From positions 68,634,001 through 68,698,000 of the forward strand of contig OX597831.1 in NCBI GenBank assembly GCA_951406725.2: a DNA stretch of 64,000 bases, written 5' to 3'. The translations under genes and the position numbers were made by a program. Within the stretch, counting starts at the first letter, position 1, and each line of letters begins with the position of its first letter. A model generated the notes under the pieces. That model searched no databases and was not told where the DNA came from. It saw only the letters and a program-made list of their open reading frames with translations. The stretch is from Octopus vulgaris (Eukaryota). Of this stretch, positions 49,012 through 63,004 are shown in pieces.

Positions 49012-52000
49012 TTTGGTATAAAAGAAAAACATATAATAACTCATCCAAACTTCAACTGTTCACAAATTCACATCTGATGCCATCTGCTGTTACTGTCTTT
49101 GACAGTAGCCTTTCAGTGGCCATGTAACAGAATTTATCCAGTAATTGAATCATTACTGGACATGGTTATATGCATGGATAGATTGTGTATTGTTCAGTAT
49201 CAGCATGTTAATTGAAATAGTTTATTACTTCACTATAAGCAGTGAATTGTTCAATTTGGCAAGACATGAGGAAAATTTAAAATATCCTTTATCACATGAG
49301 GGATCTTCAAATTATTTCTGTGATGTGAGCTTTGTCTTCATGTAATGCATCAAAGATAAGATGGGGCTACTATTTATGGCTGCACAATTGCAAAGAGGAG
49401 TAAAAGTAGAAAGACTGGTTCAGATAGGAATAGAATCTGCATCTTATGTAATTATGACCAAATTAACAATTTAATTATAATTGTTTTTTTATGAACAAAT
49501 CACTATGTCTCCTTTGCTCACCAACCCAATTAACCCAGATGTTTTCCCTCAAAGTGAAAACAACGGAAATAATGAAATCCACCATTTTACTACTTCAATG
49601 TAGTCAGCAATCCCTTTATAATTAGATTTTTAGAATAGTTAAGTTCTTTCTTCTGAAACTATGGAAGTTCACAGATACTGTTACATTTCTTTTGAGTCTT
49701 TTTGAATTATTTGAAACTTTATGTCTTTGTTAAGTTGTTAGCATTTACATTGCAAAATGCCAAGCTCATCTTATTGAGGAACATGAAATTACTGTTAATT
49801 AACAGTTAATTTCACTGATTCATTACTTTTAGTAGTGGTAGAATTTTGTATCTAATTAAAGATTCATAAAAGTGTGCTACCTCCTGAGATGTCAGGGAAT
49901 AAATAGCTTATTACTTGACTTGTTAAGGAGGTAATATTGTCAGTAATACAAGGGGTTGTTAAATGTGAATAAGAAACTTGCACTGAAATTAATGAGTGCA
50001 AAGGATAGACATGGATGGCATTTGTCAATATTATTACCAACATCATCACATTCACATCTCTATCACTACCATCATCACCACCACCACCAACTCACTATTA
50101 CCATCATCACCACTTATGTTGTTGCTGCTGCCACCTCCACTTCCACCAGCAAACCATCATCATGACATGATCATCATTATTTTTTTTTTTATTGTATTGT
50201 CTGTTTTTTTTTTATATTTCTGTGTTTACGTAGGTTAACAAAGAAGTAAAAAAACAATAACACTATCTACAATAGTCTCTACACTATTCTATAGTTTATA
50301 TTTCAGAAAATATTTACTGAGTGTTGGTGGGGGAAAAAATTGACCACTGACTGCATGTTAATCCGGGTTAAAGTGGACTGGGGCAAAAATACTGTAAATA
50401 TAGGAGACAATGGTTTGTTTGAAATACTGGCCAATAGGATACAAATCAGCATGGGGATTGCTTTACAGTAGTTCAATTAGTTAGCTAGACATACTAGCTA
50501 TATTTACTTTAAATCATGAACCATATCTTAAAAAATTGGAAGAAAATATTAGATATTAGAATCCTTAAAATGCAAAACGATTGGTTGGTCATGACTGGAA
50601 TGCTTTTGATTATAGATCCACTCAGTACTGATCTTGGATGGGAAAATACTGCAAGACAGCAACGTTGTGATGAATGCTTGTTGTACATAAGGAGCTCAAT
50701 GTGTGATACAGTATTGAGCACTAACCAAAGATATAATCTGTGTTCAGAAACATTAGTTCCAATTCAAGGCAGACTGAAGTGATAGGTAACTTTGTCTTAG
50801 GAGTGATTTGTCTTTTATATTTGCTGTTTATCCATAAACACACTTGAACACAGAGTTAATGGAAGCATGATAATTATATAATCAAATAATAATATGATTA
50901 AATATATTAATAAGTTTTACCTACACAGAAGGAGATACAACTTATATTGATTTATTTCACTTACTAATATATATACTTGCAGCAGGTAATTGTCTTTACT
51001 ATAGAAAACTTTAAAGAACTACAAACGAATAGGTTCTTTTTGAAGAGAGCACTTGTACATCAGATCACCTCAATCAGTTTAAGCTTTCAACGTTCACTTT
51101 TCACCAACATTTTGCTCCTTATCTTTTGTAAAATGACATAGGTTAGAAAGGTTTACAAATTTCCATGTTTGTTGGTTCATGACTTGTTGTTCTAAATGTA
51201 ATCTAATCTTATTGAAACAGAACTGGCATCCTTTGTTGATATAATAATTAGAGTATGATGCCTTGTTAAATATTCAGCAAAATTCATATACAAGGGAGTG
51301 TGGAAAGTTCTTTGCTTTAAGGGTGTCATGAATGGCTTGGCTGACATCAATATCAGCAGTGACATATGAATTTAAAGAACTTGAAATTTTGATATGCTTG
51401 GCTTAAAAAGGTTGCTATCACTCTCTTTAGTGCTTTCATACAAAAGTTACATGCAAGTTTAAATATGTTTATATAAAAATAAACAATATTTTATATGTTC
51501 TGTGAGGAAATGTATATTTAAGTATAATCTTCTGACTAATTATTGATGTCAATGGGATTATGGTAGAAACTACAAGATAAAATAATGCTTCCGTGATAAT
51601 TTTATCAATAACCAAGTTACAACTAAGTGATTGCTGATCTATTTTATATATCATTGGAATATTTTCATTCAAGAGAAATACATGATCTAGAAACAATAAT
51701 CTTTAATAATTGATTTAATATGCTTTCTTTTCTGCTGCTATTCTTTTGTTATTCATGAATTGTGTATAAAACAAATTTATATCTTTTCACTATTACTGAC
51801 AAGCCATCTGCTGTTAGACATTTCAATAGGAATTATTAAATCATCATAATAGAATTCTTCCATTTTGAGAAAGAAAAAAACATGTTCAATTGGAATCAGT
51901 CAACTTTATCTGACAATAGAAATAAGTGTTCTACTGAAATAAGTCCCTGTTTATGGATATTATTTTAAACTAATGCTAGAGATTTTTTTTTAAAGGTTTT

Positions 52001-54177
52001 GCATAATGCATTAACTTTCCATCAGCATATTATCTTTCTATACTAACTGTGTCACAACAAGACACCAGAGAAATAACAGAAGGAAATAATATAATAATCA
52101 TTGATATTTTGTAACTTATTTCTGGTTTATTTGATTTTTTTTTATTGCTCTCAGACAATTTTGCAAATGGTAGTTCCTGACTGATTTTTTTTGTTTTTTG
52201 TCTTATTTACTCAAACCATTTTAGATTCTACATTATTTTATGTTGTAGTTTCCTTTTTTTTAAAAAATTTTACATCTGCCATACCACAAGACATTTAGCT
52301 GCCAACCAACTGTTGCGGTGTTAAATTTTCATTCATCACTCCATTTGATCTGTCAATATATCGTGTTAAAGCTTCTTTTAACAATCTCTAGAAGAGATTT
52401 TATTTAGACTTTATATGACTTCCGAATTATTTATAGTCAACGTAATCTTTAGAAAGAAGACTAGAGATCAGTATTAAATTTAAAACTTTACAAATATATC
52501 ACAATTGAAAGTATATTTAATGTAAGTAAACTCATGTTTTATTATTATTTTCATTTTGATAATAGAAAAAAAGTGACTATGAAAATGTCATCTCGAGAAG
52601 ATTAGTGAAGAATGGATAGATATTATAGTTTCATTATTAAAAGAAGCTTACAACCAACACCATTGAAAAAATTGTACATCAAAACCAATAATGTGTCCAT
52701 TGAACACATCATCACCATCAACATCATCATTTAATGTTTGTGATCAATGTTGGGTGTTTGGGTGTTTTAACAGGATCCAATGCATCCAAGGACTGCATTG
52801 TGCTCTGATGTTTATTTCGGCATTGTTTCTATGGATGCACTTCCTAATGTCAACTACTTTACAGTGTGGGCTGAGTGCTTTTTTTATCCTATCACCTACA
52901 CTTCTGAGGTCACCTTGCAGCTTGACGAACTACAAACCCCATGTTAGGTGACAAAAAGATTGAACTATGAGAAGTGTGTGTGTGGTGGTGGTGGTGGTGG
53001 TGGTGTGTGTGTGCTGGGGCTGCAGTGCAGGTTCTTGTCCAGAATCTGCATGGCTGCTCACATTGAGTAGAGTAAAGGTAGAGAAAGGAAAATGAATGGT
53101 AGAAGTTGCAAAAAGCAGATAATGGTGGGGGGCCTGGCTGGCTCCAAGAGGTACAAAGTGAATTGAAGAATCAGTTTTCAAGGCTGTATGGAAAGGGGAT
53201 GAAGGGGTGAGGAAGCAGACTGCCAAAATGGGTAAGAAGCTATGAGTTGGGGTGGGGATAGAGAGATGCAAAATTAATAGGGTGAGTAGCAAAAGTAGTA
53301 AAGATGATACAACTATCAGAGGGGGAAGACATGTTTGGATAGTCTAAGGAGCCAGGGATGGAGTAGAGGCGAGCCTAATGCATGGGAGTAGGGTGATGAG
53401 TCGCTGTAATGTGATCAGAAAGCAGAATATATAACATTTCTGAGACTCAGGTTTGGTGATGAAGGTGGGTCTTTTTGAGAATCTCATAGTGCCAGAGATC
53501 CTGGTCCTTTGTCATATTCTCTGTCAGGCTCAGGGCCCTGGGGTCAGTCTTAAACACTTCGCTCCATATCTTTCAGGGTTTCAAATTTAGACATAAAATT
53601 CAGTGCTAGTGACTATGTATGGCTCAATCAATATTCTTATTTTTAAGGTATTAAAACCTTTTTTCATATTAGCAAATACTCAACTAGTTTTGTTTTTCTA
53701 CAAAGCATGATTGATGCTGTTTTTGTACATATTCCTTCATACCTAATCTTCAGAAATAAATGCCCCCAAAGTCCAAAGAACTCTTAAAGACTGCACTTAA
53801 GTCTGGTAATTTGGTAGCAAGCAGATGTTGTAATAATAGTTACTTTCAGTATTGATGTACTCTAAATAACTTATATTTAAGTAGTTATTATCAGATATAC
53901 TCCAAATACAGCTTATTTGAATGCTAATGATCTAATAATCCTCTATCATAGCTAAAAGCAACAACATTAACTGTTGCCTGAAAATTTGTAGAGAAATCCC
54001 ATTTTCATATCTCCACAATAAATGTTGTTGTTGTAGTTATTGTTTAATCAGAAGTCGACACTGATTGAACAGAGCTATGATCAAAAGCATTCTAGCCATG
54101 ACAATCCTGTCTGTTTATGACAATGTCTAAAGTTAATTCATAAACTAAAGTATAATTTATTTAAAACAATAAGACTC

Positions 54178-54376
54178 ACTGGCCCCCGTGCCGGTGGCAC
54201 GTAAAAAGCACCCACTACACTCTCGGAGTGGTTAGCGTTAGGAAGGGCATTCAGCTGTAGAAACTCTGCCAAATCGAGATTGGAGCCTGATGCAGCCATC
54301 TGGTTTGCCAGCCCTCAGTCAAAATCGTCCAACCCATGCTAGCATGGAAAGCGGACGTTAAACGATGATGATGATG
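54178..54376 (+). mobile_element. Short, little-diverged RTE 3' UTR copy
   Basis: One gtgccggtggcacgtaaaaagcacc unit, family body and (GAT)n; aataaga on both flanks. Confidence 0.88.
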
Positions 54377-55329
54377 AATAAGATGCAATTCAAGGGAGAT
54401 GAGATTTTGGTGTTATTTGTAGCAGATCAAGTAACCTCCTTTAAAGGTTCGCCCCATGTAAATATATCAGTTAAAGGTTAACACCAGTCAATGTACTACA
54501 AGTACAGATATACGAACTATAATAATCTTAACAGCATCTCAGCAAAGACATTTAAACATCTAAGTCGGTGATCCTGAATCCATTTGACATCATGATGCAC
54601 TGGAGATCAAGCAAAAATATTACTGGTGCACCATGCACAGAAAGTTTTAAAAAAACTAGTTCAAATTTAAAATTTAAAGAAATATATAGAAAACTGTCAC
54701 ACATGTTATTCTATTAATCATACAGGTGTATGATAAATTTATGAGCAACACAGTTTCAAACATTTGTACAGATTTTTAAAAACTGAAACCTTTAATTATA
54801 TTTTTGAAAATCTTTAGTACACTTAGAAACCCCTTGCAGCACATCAGTACACTGCTTTTGAAACATTAGTCTATATAGATGTGTAATATGTAACTTAAAA
54901 GCTCAGGGATGCATTTTCACCATGTTAATCACAATGTGAAGTAGTCTGATGCATTATTGCAAAACTTTTCATGTCTCTTGAAAATTTCTGTTTTCTGTAT
55001 TTTTTCTAATATTTCTTTTGAGTTGCTTTCATACTTTCATTTAACATCGATCTTAAAAAAGAAGTTGTTAGGAGTATGCATGAATGTATGTATGTGTGTG
55101 TTGGCACTTTCATGTATAAAGATAAAAGTAAATTAATATTGTATCGGATGTGCACTTTACATGGAACAATTTCTACTTTAAACTACTCACAGATTTAATT
55201 TGTTTTCCCAAAACTGTTTTAATCATCTCAGGTGTCTATGTGGAAGGATGGGGTTATTACCTGAACTTAAATATTCCTGTTATATAATTATTTCAAATTA
55301 TTTAGTAGATATAGTGATGCATCACCAAT

Positions 55330-56110
55330 GGCTGTGGCCATGTTGGGGCACCGCTTAGTGTCAACCGATTTAACTCAGGTACATATTTTAAGCCTGATAC
55401 TTATTCTGTTGGTCTTTCCCCAACTCTGAGAAATTAAGTTATGGGGAGAGAAACAAGCACTAATTATCATGTAATGAGAAACAAACAGACGCACACACTC
55501 ATCATCATCATCATCATTGTTCGACCGTGGTCGAGACAATGGAATTTACTATGTTATGCCAGACTTCACAGTCCATCATAGCATTACAGAGGTCCTGTTG
55601 CTGGATGCCTGTATCCCTGGAGATTACATCAGGGTAGGAGAGTGTGTGCCCTCTGGTATCGTGAACAGATGGCTTCCTGAGGAGAAGAGCAGAAATTGCC
55701 TCGTTTTCAGCTCTACAACAATGTCCAGCAAACTGGACTCTTCTACCTTTCACAGGAGATGATACAGGTAGTAGTTTCCCATATATTTGTACTTTGGTTG
55801 GATGACGCTTCCACGAGAGATTTTGAGCTCTCATAAGGAGGCGAGTGTAAGTTCCATCCAACCGCCTCTCAAGCTTCTTTGATAATGTCCAGGTTATCAC
55901 ACTCATACACACATACACACACATACATATCCACATGCTATCATGCACACATTAATGTATTTGTGTGTGTGTGAGAAAGGGTTCTGCGCAGTTTCTGCTT
56001 ACCAAATTCACTTCCAAGGCATTAGGTGTCCATGGGTTATAGTAGAAGATATCTGCCTGAACTTGAAACCAAGGTCGCAAAGTAAACTTCTTGACAAGTC
56101 ATGCCTGTAT
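55330..56110 (-). mobile_element. Old CORE-like SINE split by an RTE insertion
   Basis: Decayed family tail at 55330-55490 and decayed head/core at 55970-56110. Confidence 0.65.
55503..55897 (-). mobile_element. 5'-truncated RTE-group LINE, same family as 24623-25113
   Basis: TWTLSKKLERRLDGTYTRLL...SIVSTTVEQ*; TSD cacactcat at 55494-55502 and 55898-55906. Confidence 0.9.
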
Positions 56111-57020
56111 CATAAATATAGTTTAAATATTTCTCCAATAAACTTGAAGGTAATCTTAAATTTTTACAAAATATTTTACCACAGAATTGTATCCTAAAAT
56201 ACTTCTTAACACATTTTTTGAGCTAAAGGAAAAATAAACAAACAAGCAAAAATTAAAAAAATATTTTAAACACCCTCCTTCATTTTGGATAATCAAATTT
56301 TACCTGTGTATTATTAAATAAACCAATACATATATTCGTTATAACCTATAAACTTTTATAAACTATTGTCGTTAAGACCATTTATTAGAAACTAAAACCA
56401 AAATAATAAATTTAAACATTTCTTTTCAAGATTTTGGCTGAAAAGTTGTTAACTGAATTAAGAAAATAAGATCACATGAAATTAATTAATTTTTTTACTT
56501 TCTCACTCTTATATTCATCTAATAATTTTAGGCATCTGATATATTGGCACATTTATGCTGTTTTGTAAATGTACATGCTGGTTCGTTATCATTTATCTTC
56601 TATTTGTTTCAGTCATTGGACTGTGGCCATGCTGGGGCAGTGCTTTAGTATAGATGTCTACAAACATCGCAAGTCACTCTGTTACTTCTGTCAAATATTA
56701 AGAAAAAATATAGAGTTAATATTTATAAACTTCACAAAACTTATAAGACTGTACTCCATTAGAATGGGAAAACTGCCAGTCTTACTGCTGTGGGTACACT
56801 CCTTCATGGAAGGAATGAAAGATGAGATCATAATGTTGGAAAATGTGTGACAAATGATGAGAAGGGGAGCACAACCAGGCAGTGCTAATAGTTGTAAAGA
56901 CCAAAATAATAAGGCCAGTCATAAAGGAGGTGAAGAAAACAAACATGTTAGAACTAATTTCTTTGTATATATGCTCAGAAATATACATACACACTTACAA
57001 ACATGCAGACACATCAAGGT

Positions 57021-57312
57021 GAATGCAGGTGAAGGGTTAAGAAAAATATGTAAGGTGATATCAATGTATAGAAGCAAAGAGAAAATACATTGTATCACTT
57101 TACAAAGATTGTTTCATGACTCTCGATAGAATTGCCTGCTAACGCATTTATCCAAAGTCTTTGATTATTTTCTTTCTTTTATTTGAAGACAGGAATAGTT
57201 TTCCAAGATATCATAGGATCATTAAACAATGTATGTAATACAATATCTTTTTTCTTTGTTTGCTTTCACTGATATCACTTTACACATTTTACTTAACTTC
57301 ACACCTGCATTG
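57021..57312. repeat. Old diverged inverted repeat, ~105-bp arms
   Basis: aatgcaggtg..gttaag.aaaat.tgtaa.gtgatatca at 57022 onward is mirrored by tgatatcactttacacattttacttaac..cacctgcatt ending ~57311. Confidence 0.7.
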
Positions 57313-57477
57313 CTGTAAGGATTTTTCAAACAGTTATCACATATACACATATTACAATGCTTCAAGTAATTTAGAATACTATATCATATTGCATATATAA
57401 GAATATATAATATAATCGCTTCTCCTATTTATATTTTTTACACCTAAGCCTTTTCTCTTTCTCTATTTCTCCTCCTC

Positions 57478-57532
<55 letters not shown>

Positions 57533-57555
57533 CTATCTATATATATAAATATATA

Positions 57556-58060
57556 TTGGGTCATCCCATAAATAATGCGGTTTTTTTGTACATCTTGTAT
57601 TTTTCAAAATTAAGATAAACAAAGTTCTTTTTAAATCTAAAATATACTCTCCTTCATTTTCTACAATGCGATTCCTTCTATATGGTAGACTTGCAAGGCA
57701 CCACTTCCAAAATTCACTTGTCTGTGATGAAAGATACTGCTCCTGTACTATTCTGACCTTGTCTACAGAATTCATATTTTTCCAATCCAAATGATTTTAA
57801 AAACTGCAGAATAAATGATAATCAGATGGGGCACTGTCCAGTGAATATGGTTGATTGGATGTTGTTTCCCATTAAAACTACTCTATTGGAATGTCATCCT
57901 CATTGTATGTGACGGAGCATTATCCTGATGGAAGAACACCTTTTGTCTTGAAACTAAATATGGTCATTTTACATCTAGTGCTGACTTAAGCCATTCAAGC
58001 TGCTCACAGTAGATCACTTTTGTTATTGTTCGGTTTGGGTTTAAAAGTTCAAAGTGGACT
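57556..58060 (-). mobile_element. Mariner 3' remnant (catalytic C-terminus plus TIR)
   Basis: VFFHQDNAPSH, APSDYHLF, LASLPYRRNRIVENEGEYI; TA|TTGGGTCATCCCATAAAT terminus. Confidence 0.85.
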
Positions 58061-58454
58061 TGTTTTACTTGGCCTCTTTTGCCAGTGAAAAGCAGATGCT
58101 TGGAGCATACAAGTTAGTCTATAAGCAGTCTGGAGCACTTCACAGGTCTCTGAAGTGCTTTTGCCCAGTTTAATACAAAATCTCATTGCATAGTGAGCTT
58201 TCAAATCGTCGTCATTTTCTGACAGTGTTCTACCATCTGGTTAGCTGTGACAAGCAGTGTTTAATAGGCTGTGTTCAAAGTGCTGATACAGCTGCCTCCT
58301 TCAATGTGGAACAGCAAAAGTTGGCAGATCATTTTGTTTTATGTACTGCAATAATATTAAAATTACAGCTTTCTAGGACAGTTATAACTGCCTTTCCTGA
58401 AAACAAGTCTCAAAACTTTTGGTATGCACCTTGTATGTTTAGTCCACATTACTC

Positions 58455-58677
58455 TATAAGGATCATAGGGCCGGTTTCCCGATTTCTCTGGCATATGTAT
58501 TCCTCCCTGGATGGGACACTGGTCTGTCACAGGATTTCTCATTTTTACCACATGAGTGGACTGGAGAATTGTGGAGTTTTTTTTGCTCAAGAACATAATG
58601 CATTGCCTAGTCCAGGAATTGAAACCACAATCTTAGAATAATGAGCCCAGCGTCCTCACCACTAAAGCATGCACCTC
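58455..58677 (-). mobile_element. V-like tRNA SINE, diverged
   Basis: Same body as 40447-40676. Confidence 0.75.
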
Positions 58678-59981
58678 ATATATATACATACACACACATG
58701 CATGCACACACATACACACGCATGCATGTGCACACACATGCACATGCATGCGTGCACAAACACACATGCACATGCATGTGTGCACACACACACACACACA
58801 CTAAATGCATTCTATCTCAAGTATACTCCTGATAAATTTTACAAACTATAAATTGCAATTTCATCAAAGCAGCTTTGTATTAGTTTTTCACCGTTGCCTG
58901 AAGAATTATGGATTGGAAATCTCATTCATGTTTTCTACGTGTATTTACCTATTATGAATTTATTATATTTATAATATTATTGTTATTAATATTTATACTC
59001 ATAATATATTTCCTGTACTGTAATGAAACGTGTGTAACACGGAAATAAAAAAATATACCAAATTTTAGAGTCTTTTTTTAAAATATAGTCTTACTCTGCA
59101 AATGTGATTCTCTGGAACTTTCAACTAGTCTGTACGACTTCCTCCTTTAAAATGAATCATTTACATTGCTTTTGATTACTATACATACATGTACTTCATG
59201 AGGACACAGATTATAGCTCACACACACATGCATACTTATATATTTATACATATGTATGCATGAATGTTTACATTCCATGTGGTGTCAGTTGACACTGAGT
59301 AAAATGATGATCTTATATTCACACCTTCTTTGAATAATAAATCTTGTAACTCATATCTTTTACGTGTGAAAAGAAGTGGAGTAAAGGATCTCTTAGTTGA
59401 GAACTCAGTTGGGGTTGGCATCTGGAAGAGTATCCAGCCATAAATTAGTGCTTCACATATGTCTTTCTTCAACCCAAACCAGAGTGGATAGGCAGACAGG
59501 AAATGAATAAATGAATGAATGAACAAATGAATGAATATATATTTATATATGGCCTCCTGCCTTTCAGAGATGTTGCTGAAGCAATATTGTCCTTGATAGC
59601 AGCACATCCTTTCACTGAAGCTTTCCAGTCAACCCATTCAATAGCTGTGTAAACTGATGACTTTCTCTCTGATCTTTATTCATTAAATTCCTGCGTTCTC
59701 CAAGGGTTGATTAGGTCTTCCCTATTCTATTTTGTATATTACTAAACCTAAATGCTTTCACTTTTAGTCATACGGAACTTGAAATCTGATGCCGGATTAG
59801 TTCTGGCTCTCTGAACAGAATGTACATGAAAACATTTTAGTGTGGACAGAAATTAGTTTTCTTTAGCAGCACAGAAACACAATCACTATGCATGTCAAGA
59901 AAACAATCTTGATCTATAAACTACCTATATATGTATGTATATATGTTTATATGTAGATACATACATATACATACATATATA

Positions 59982-60335
59982 CAGGGTGCGTAAGATATTT
60001 GAGAACAGATTTACGCTTATAAAAAAAAACAGATATATAATAGCAGATAATAATTTTATTTATCAAAAAATGCTATGAGGATAAAAATAAACCTTCTTTT
60101 CTATAATGTTATTCAATAAATCTACATCCAGCTTCAGCAACTGCTTCTATATGAGATCTAAATCATCTACATGCTCTGACTATGGCAACTTTCAAAGAAT
60201 TTTTGGTGTTATGGTCGTGTTCATTGCCCTCTCTCTTAACAATACACCACATGTAATAGTCCAATGGATTGAGATCTGGGGAATTAAGAGGCCAAATATT
60301 AGGGGTTATTTGATCATGAAAATTTTCAGCCATTC
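59982..60335 (-). mobile_element. Tc1/mariner superfamily (maT/DD37D-like) 3' remnant
   Basis: NIWPLNSPDLNPLDYYMW; TA|CAGGGTG terminus. Confidence 0.75.
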
Positions 60336-60907
60336 ATCAATAGTCCTAGGATGGACGATTTCTTAGTCCATCCTAGGACTAAGAAATAAGTCCTAGGATC
60401 GATTTGTTTGACTAAAACCTTTCAAAGTGGTGCTCCAGCATGGCTGCAGTCAAATGACTGAAACAATAGAAGAATAAAAGAGTAAAAGGATGCATAAATC
60501 GGAATTTCCTGTTTTTTTTTTGTCCTTGGGTGGGGAATTTTAATGATAAACGTTAAAATGAAGAAGTGGAAATGCGAAAATTTTTCTCTAAAAATGTGTA
60601 AATTTTTCTGTAAAAATTGTTCTAAAATTTGGAATATTATAACAATGAAGATGTATTATGCAACATACATAGAACAACCAAACTTAGCTTGCAGTTAGAT
60701 TATTCCCCTTTGCCAAGCAGTAAAGGTATGTTTCTTGCTTATGTTTGCTTCATCAAAGATTAATATGTTTGGTTCAAGAGCTATTATTTGTAAGACAATT
60801 CGAAATCGGTACTAAGTGTGAGTCAGTATTTCATCTTTGACTAAAGGTAGGACACCATCGACTGAAGGTTGTCAAAGCTGCTGTATTAGTTTTTTGAAAG
60901 AGTTATA

Positions 60908-60951
<44 letters not shown>

Positions 60952-61134
60952 GCTCACACACATGTATTTATGCATATATAAATACACACACAAGCTTCAC
61001 ATGTAGACACCTGCACAGCTTCCATCTAAAATATTTCACATATAAGGTACTGACGCTGAGTTTGTAGTAGAAAAATATTTGTCCAGAGAATGTCACAGTG
61101 TGTTCTTAACCACAGAAGCATACCTCTGTATAAA

Positions 61135-61347
61135 TACTCTTTTACTCTTTTACTTGTTTCAGTCATTTGACAGTGGCCATGCTGGAGCACCACCTTTTTA
61201 ATCGAGCAACTCGACCCTGAGACTTATTCTTTGTAAGCCCAGTACTTATTCTATCGGTCTCTTTTGCCGAACCACTAAGTAATGGGGACATAAACACACC
61301 AGCATCGGTTGTCAAGCAATGCTATGGGGACAAACACAGACACACAA

Positions 61348-61410
<63 letters not shown>

Positions 61411-61576
61411 TACGACGGGCTTCTTTCAGTCTCCGTCTACCAAATCCGCTCACAAGGCTTTGGTCAGCCCGAGGCTATAGTAGAAGACACTTGCCCAAGG
61501 TGCCACACAGTGGGACTGAACCCGGAGCCATGTGGTTGGTAAGCAGAGCTACTTACCACACAGCCACTCCTGCGCT
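61135..61576 (-). mobile_element. Full-length CORE-like tRNA SINE with an expanded internal TA/CA tract
   Basis: Head gcgcaggagtggctgtgtggtaag, B box, core and tail. Confidence 0.92.
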
Positions 61577-61899
61577 TATGTAACATATAGTTTGAATTTT
61601 TCCTGTACCGTTCAGCTCGTATGTTTTTTCTTTTTTTATAATTGTACATGCATGTACAACATACCCCTAAGTGTAATGGTCTACATCTAATTTATACATA
61701 AACATGCATACACACACACATGTATTTGTGTGTGTGTGTGTGTGTGCGTGCGCATGTAAAAGTGGTGCAGTGGCAGAAATAGATAACAGAATGCAAAATT
61801 GTATGAATCTGAGTTTTGCTCATCATCATCAGCATCATCGTAAGTGTATTCTTTTATATACCTAGCATGCTTAGTGCACACTCTATAATCCACAAATAA

Positions 61900-63000
61900 C
61901 ATCTGGTTGCAAATAACCTATGTGCCAGGCTAAATAAATCGTTGAGCACTGTTGTCACAGCAGTAAATAAAATCAAGGTAAACACTGTCTTAAATTTCCC
62001 AGTTTCAACAGCCCTGAACTAAGAACAATAAAGATTTTAAGCATTTATTGTTGAACACAGAATTTCAGTGGCTGTCAAAGGGTAAGTTTCTATTCCCTTT
62101 TTAAAACAGTTGTTGACTTCTTGCAACACTTGTATTCTGTTCTTTGTGATGAACCAAGAAATCTGAAGCATGACATTGCTTATTGGGCAAATATATTCAT
62201 GAAGTTCAAAGAAATTAATTTGCAACTGCAAGGAAATAAAGTTAAACCTTTTGTTACAGTATTTATTTTGAGATGCTCTGTGTTTCTTTCAATTACTTTA
62301 AATATAGCAAAGGATTTAGTAAAAGAACTTAGTTATCATTCAGCTAGTGTTAGAAACGTAAATTGTGACTAAGGTTTGGTGGAAGATTTTAATCCAGAAC
62401 TTATGAAAACAAGACATTTGTACTACAGAGCCAGAGGTGATTTCAGGTGGGTTGGTGTCAAAAGGGTTAAGAATTGTTTCTCTATTATATATTTTAACCC
62501 TTTTGTTACTGTATTTATTTTGAGATGCTCTGTGTTTCTTTGAATTACTTTAAATATAGCAAAGAATTTAGTAAAATAACTTAGTTATCATTAAGCTAGT
62601 GTTAGGAACATAAATTGTGACTAATGTTTGGTGGAAGATTTTAATTCAGAACATATAAAAAACAAGACATTTGTACTTGGAGACAGAGCTGGTTTCAGCC
62701 GGGTTGGTAATGAAAGGGGTTAAACCTTATCAAAGTAAAATCAACCCTCTCCCTGTTTCTGTCCAAGTTACAGCTATTCAAATGTAACATAAGCTATCAT
62801 TAGTTCTTCCAATTTCTGAGCCTATCTGGATTGGTGATGGAAAAACACATACCAGAAAATGTGATCCAAGTGTACTGCTCACACCGAGATATGTCAGACA
62901 AATTTCATGATATTCATTTTTAATTAAAATATCAGTCTGGATCATTCCTAGATACCAGTAAAGAGGTAACAAGAATATTGGAACAAGAAATGGTTCCACT
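61900..63000 (+). pseudogene. hAT (Buster/Charlie-type) transposase fragment interrupted by MITEs
   Basis: LLLNTEFQWLSKG (cf. HTEVRWLS.G), DIAYWANIFMKFKEINLQLQGNKV | NLIKVKSTLSLFLSKLQL across the insertion. Confidence 0.8.
62246..62719. mobile_element. Two tandem piggyBac-type MITEs with a 23-bp spacer (composite)
   Basis: TTAA at 62242, 62467, 62494 and 62720; copies at 62246-62466 and 62498-62719. Confidence 0.88.
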
Positions 63001-63004
63001 TTAA

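Noticed and set aside
53753-53805. Possible first coding exon MPPKSKELLKTALKS
   Set aside because: Weak splice signals and too short to distinguish from chance
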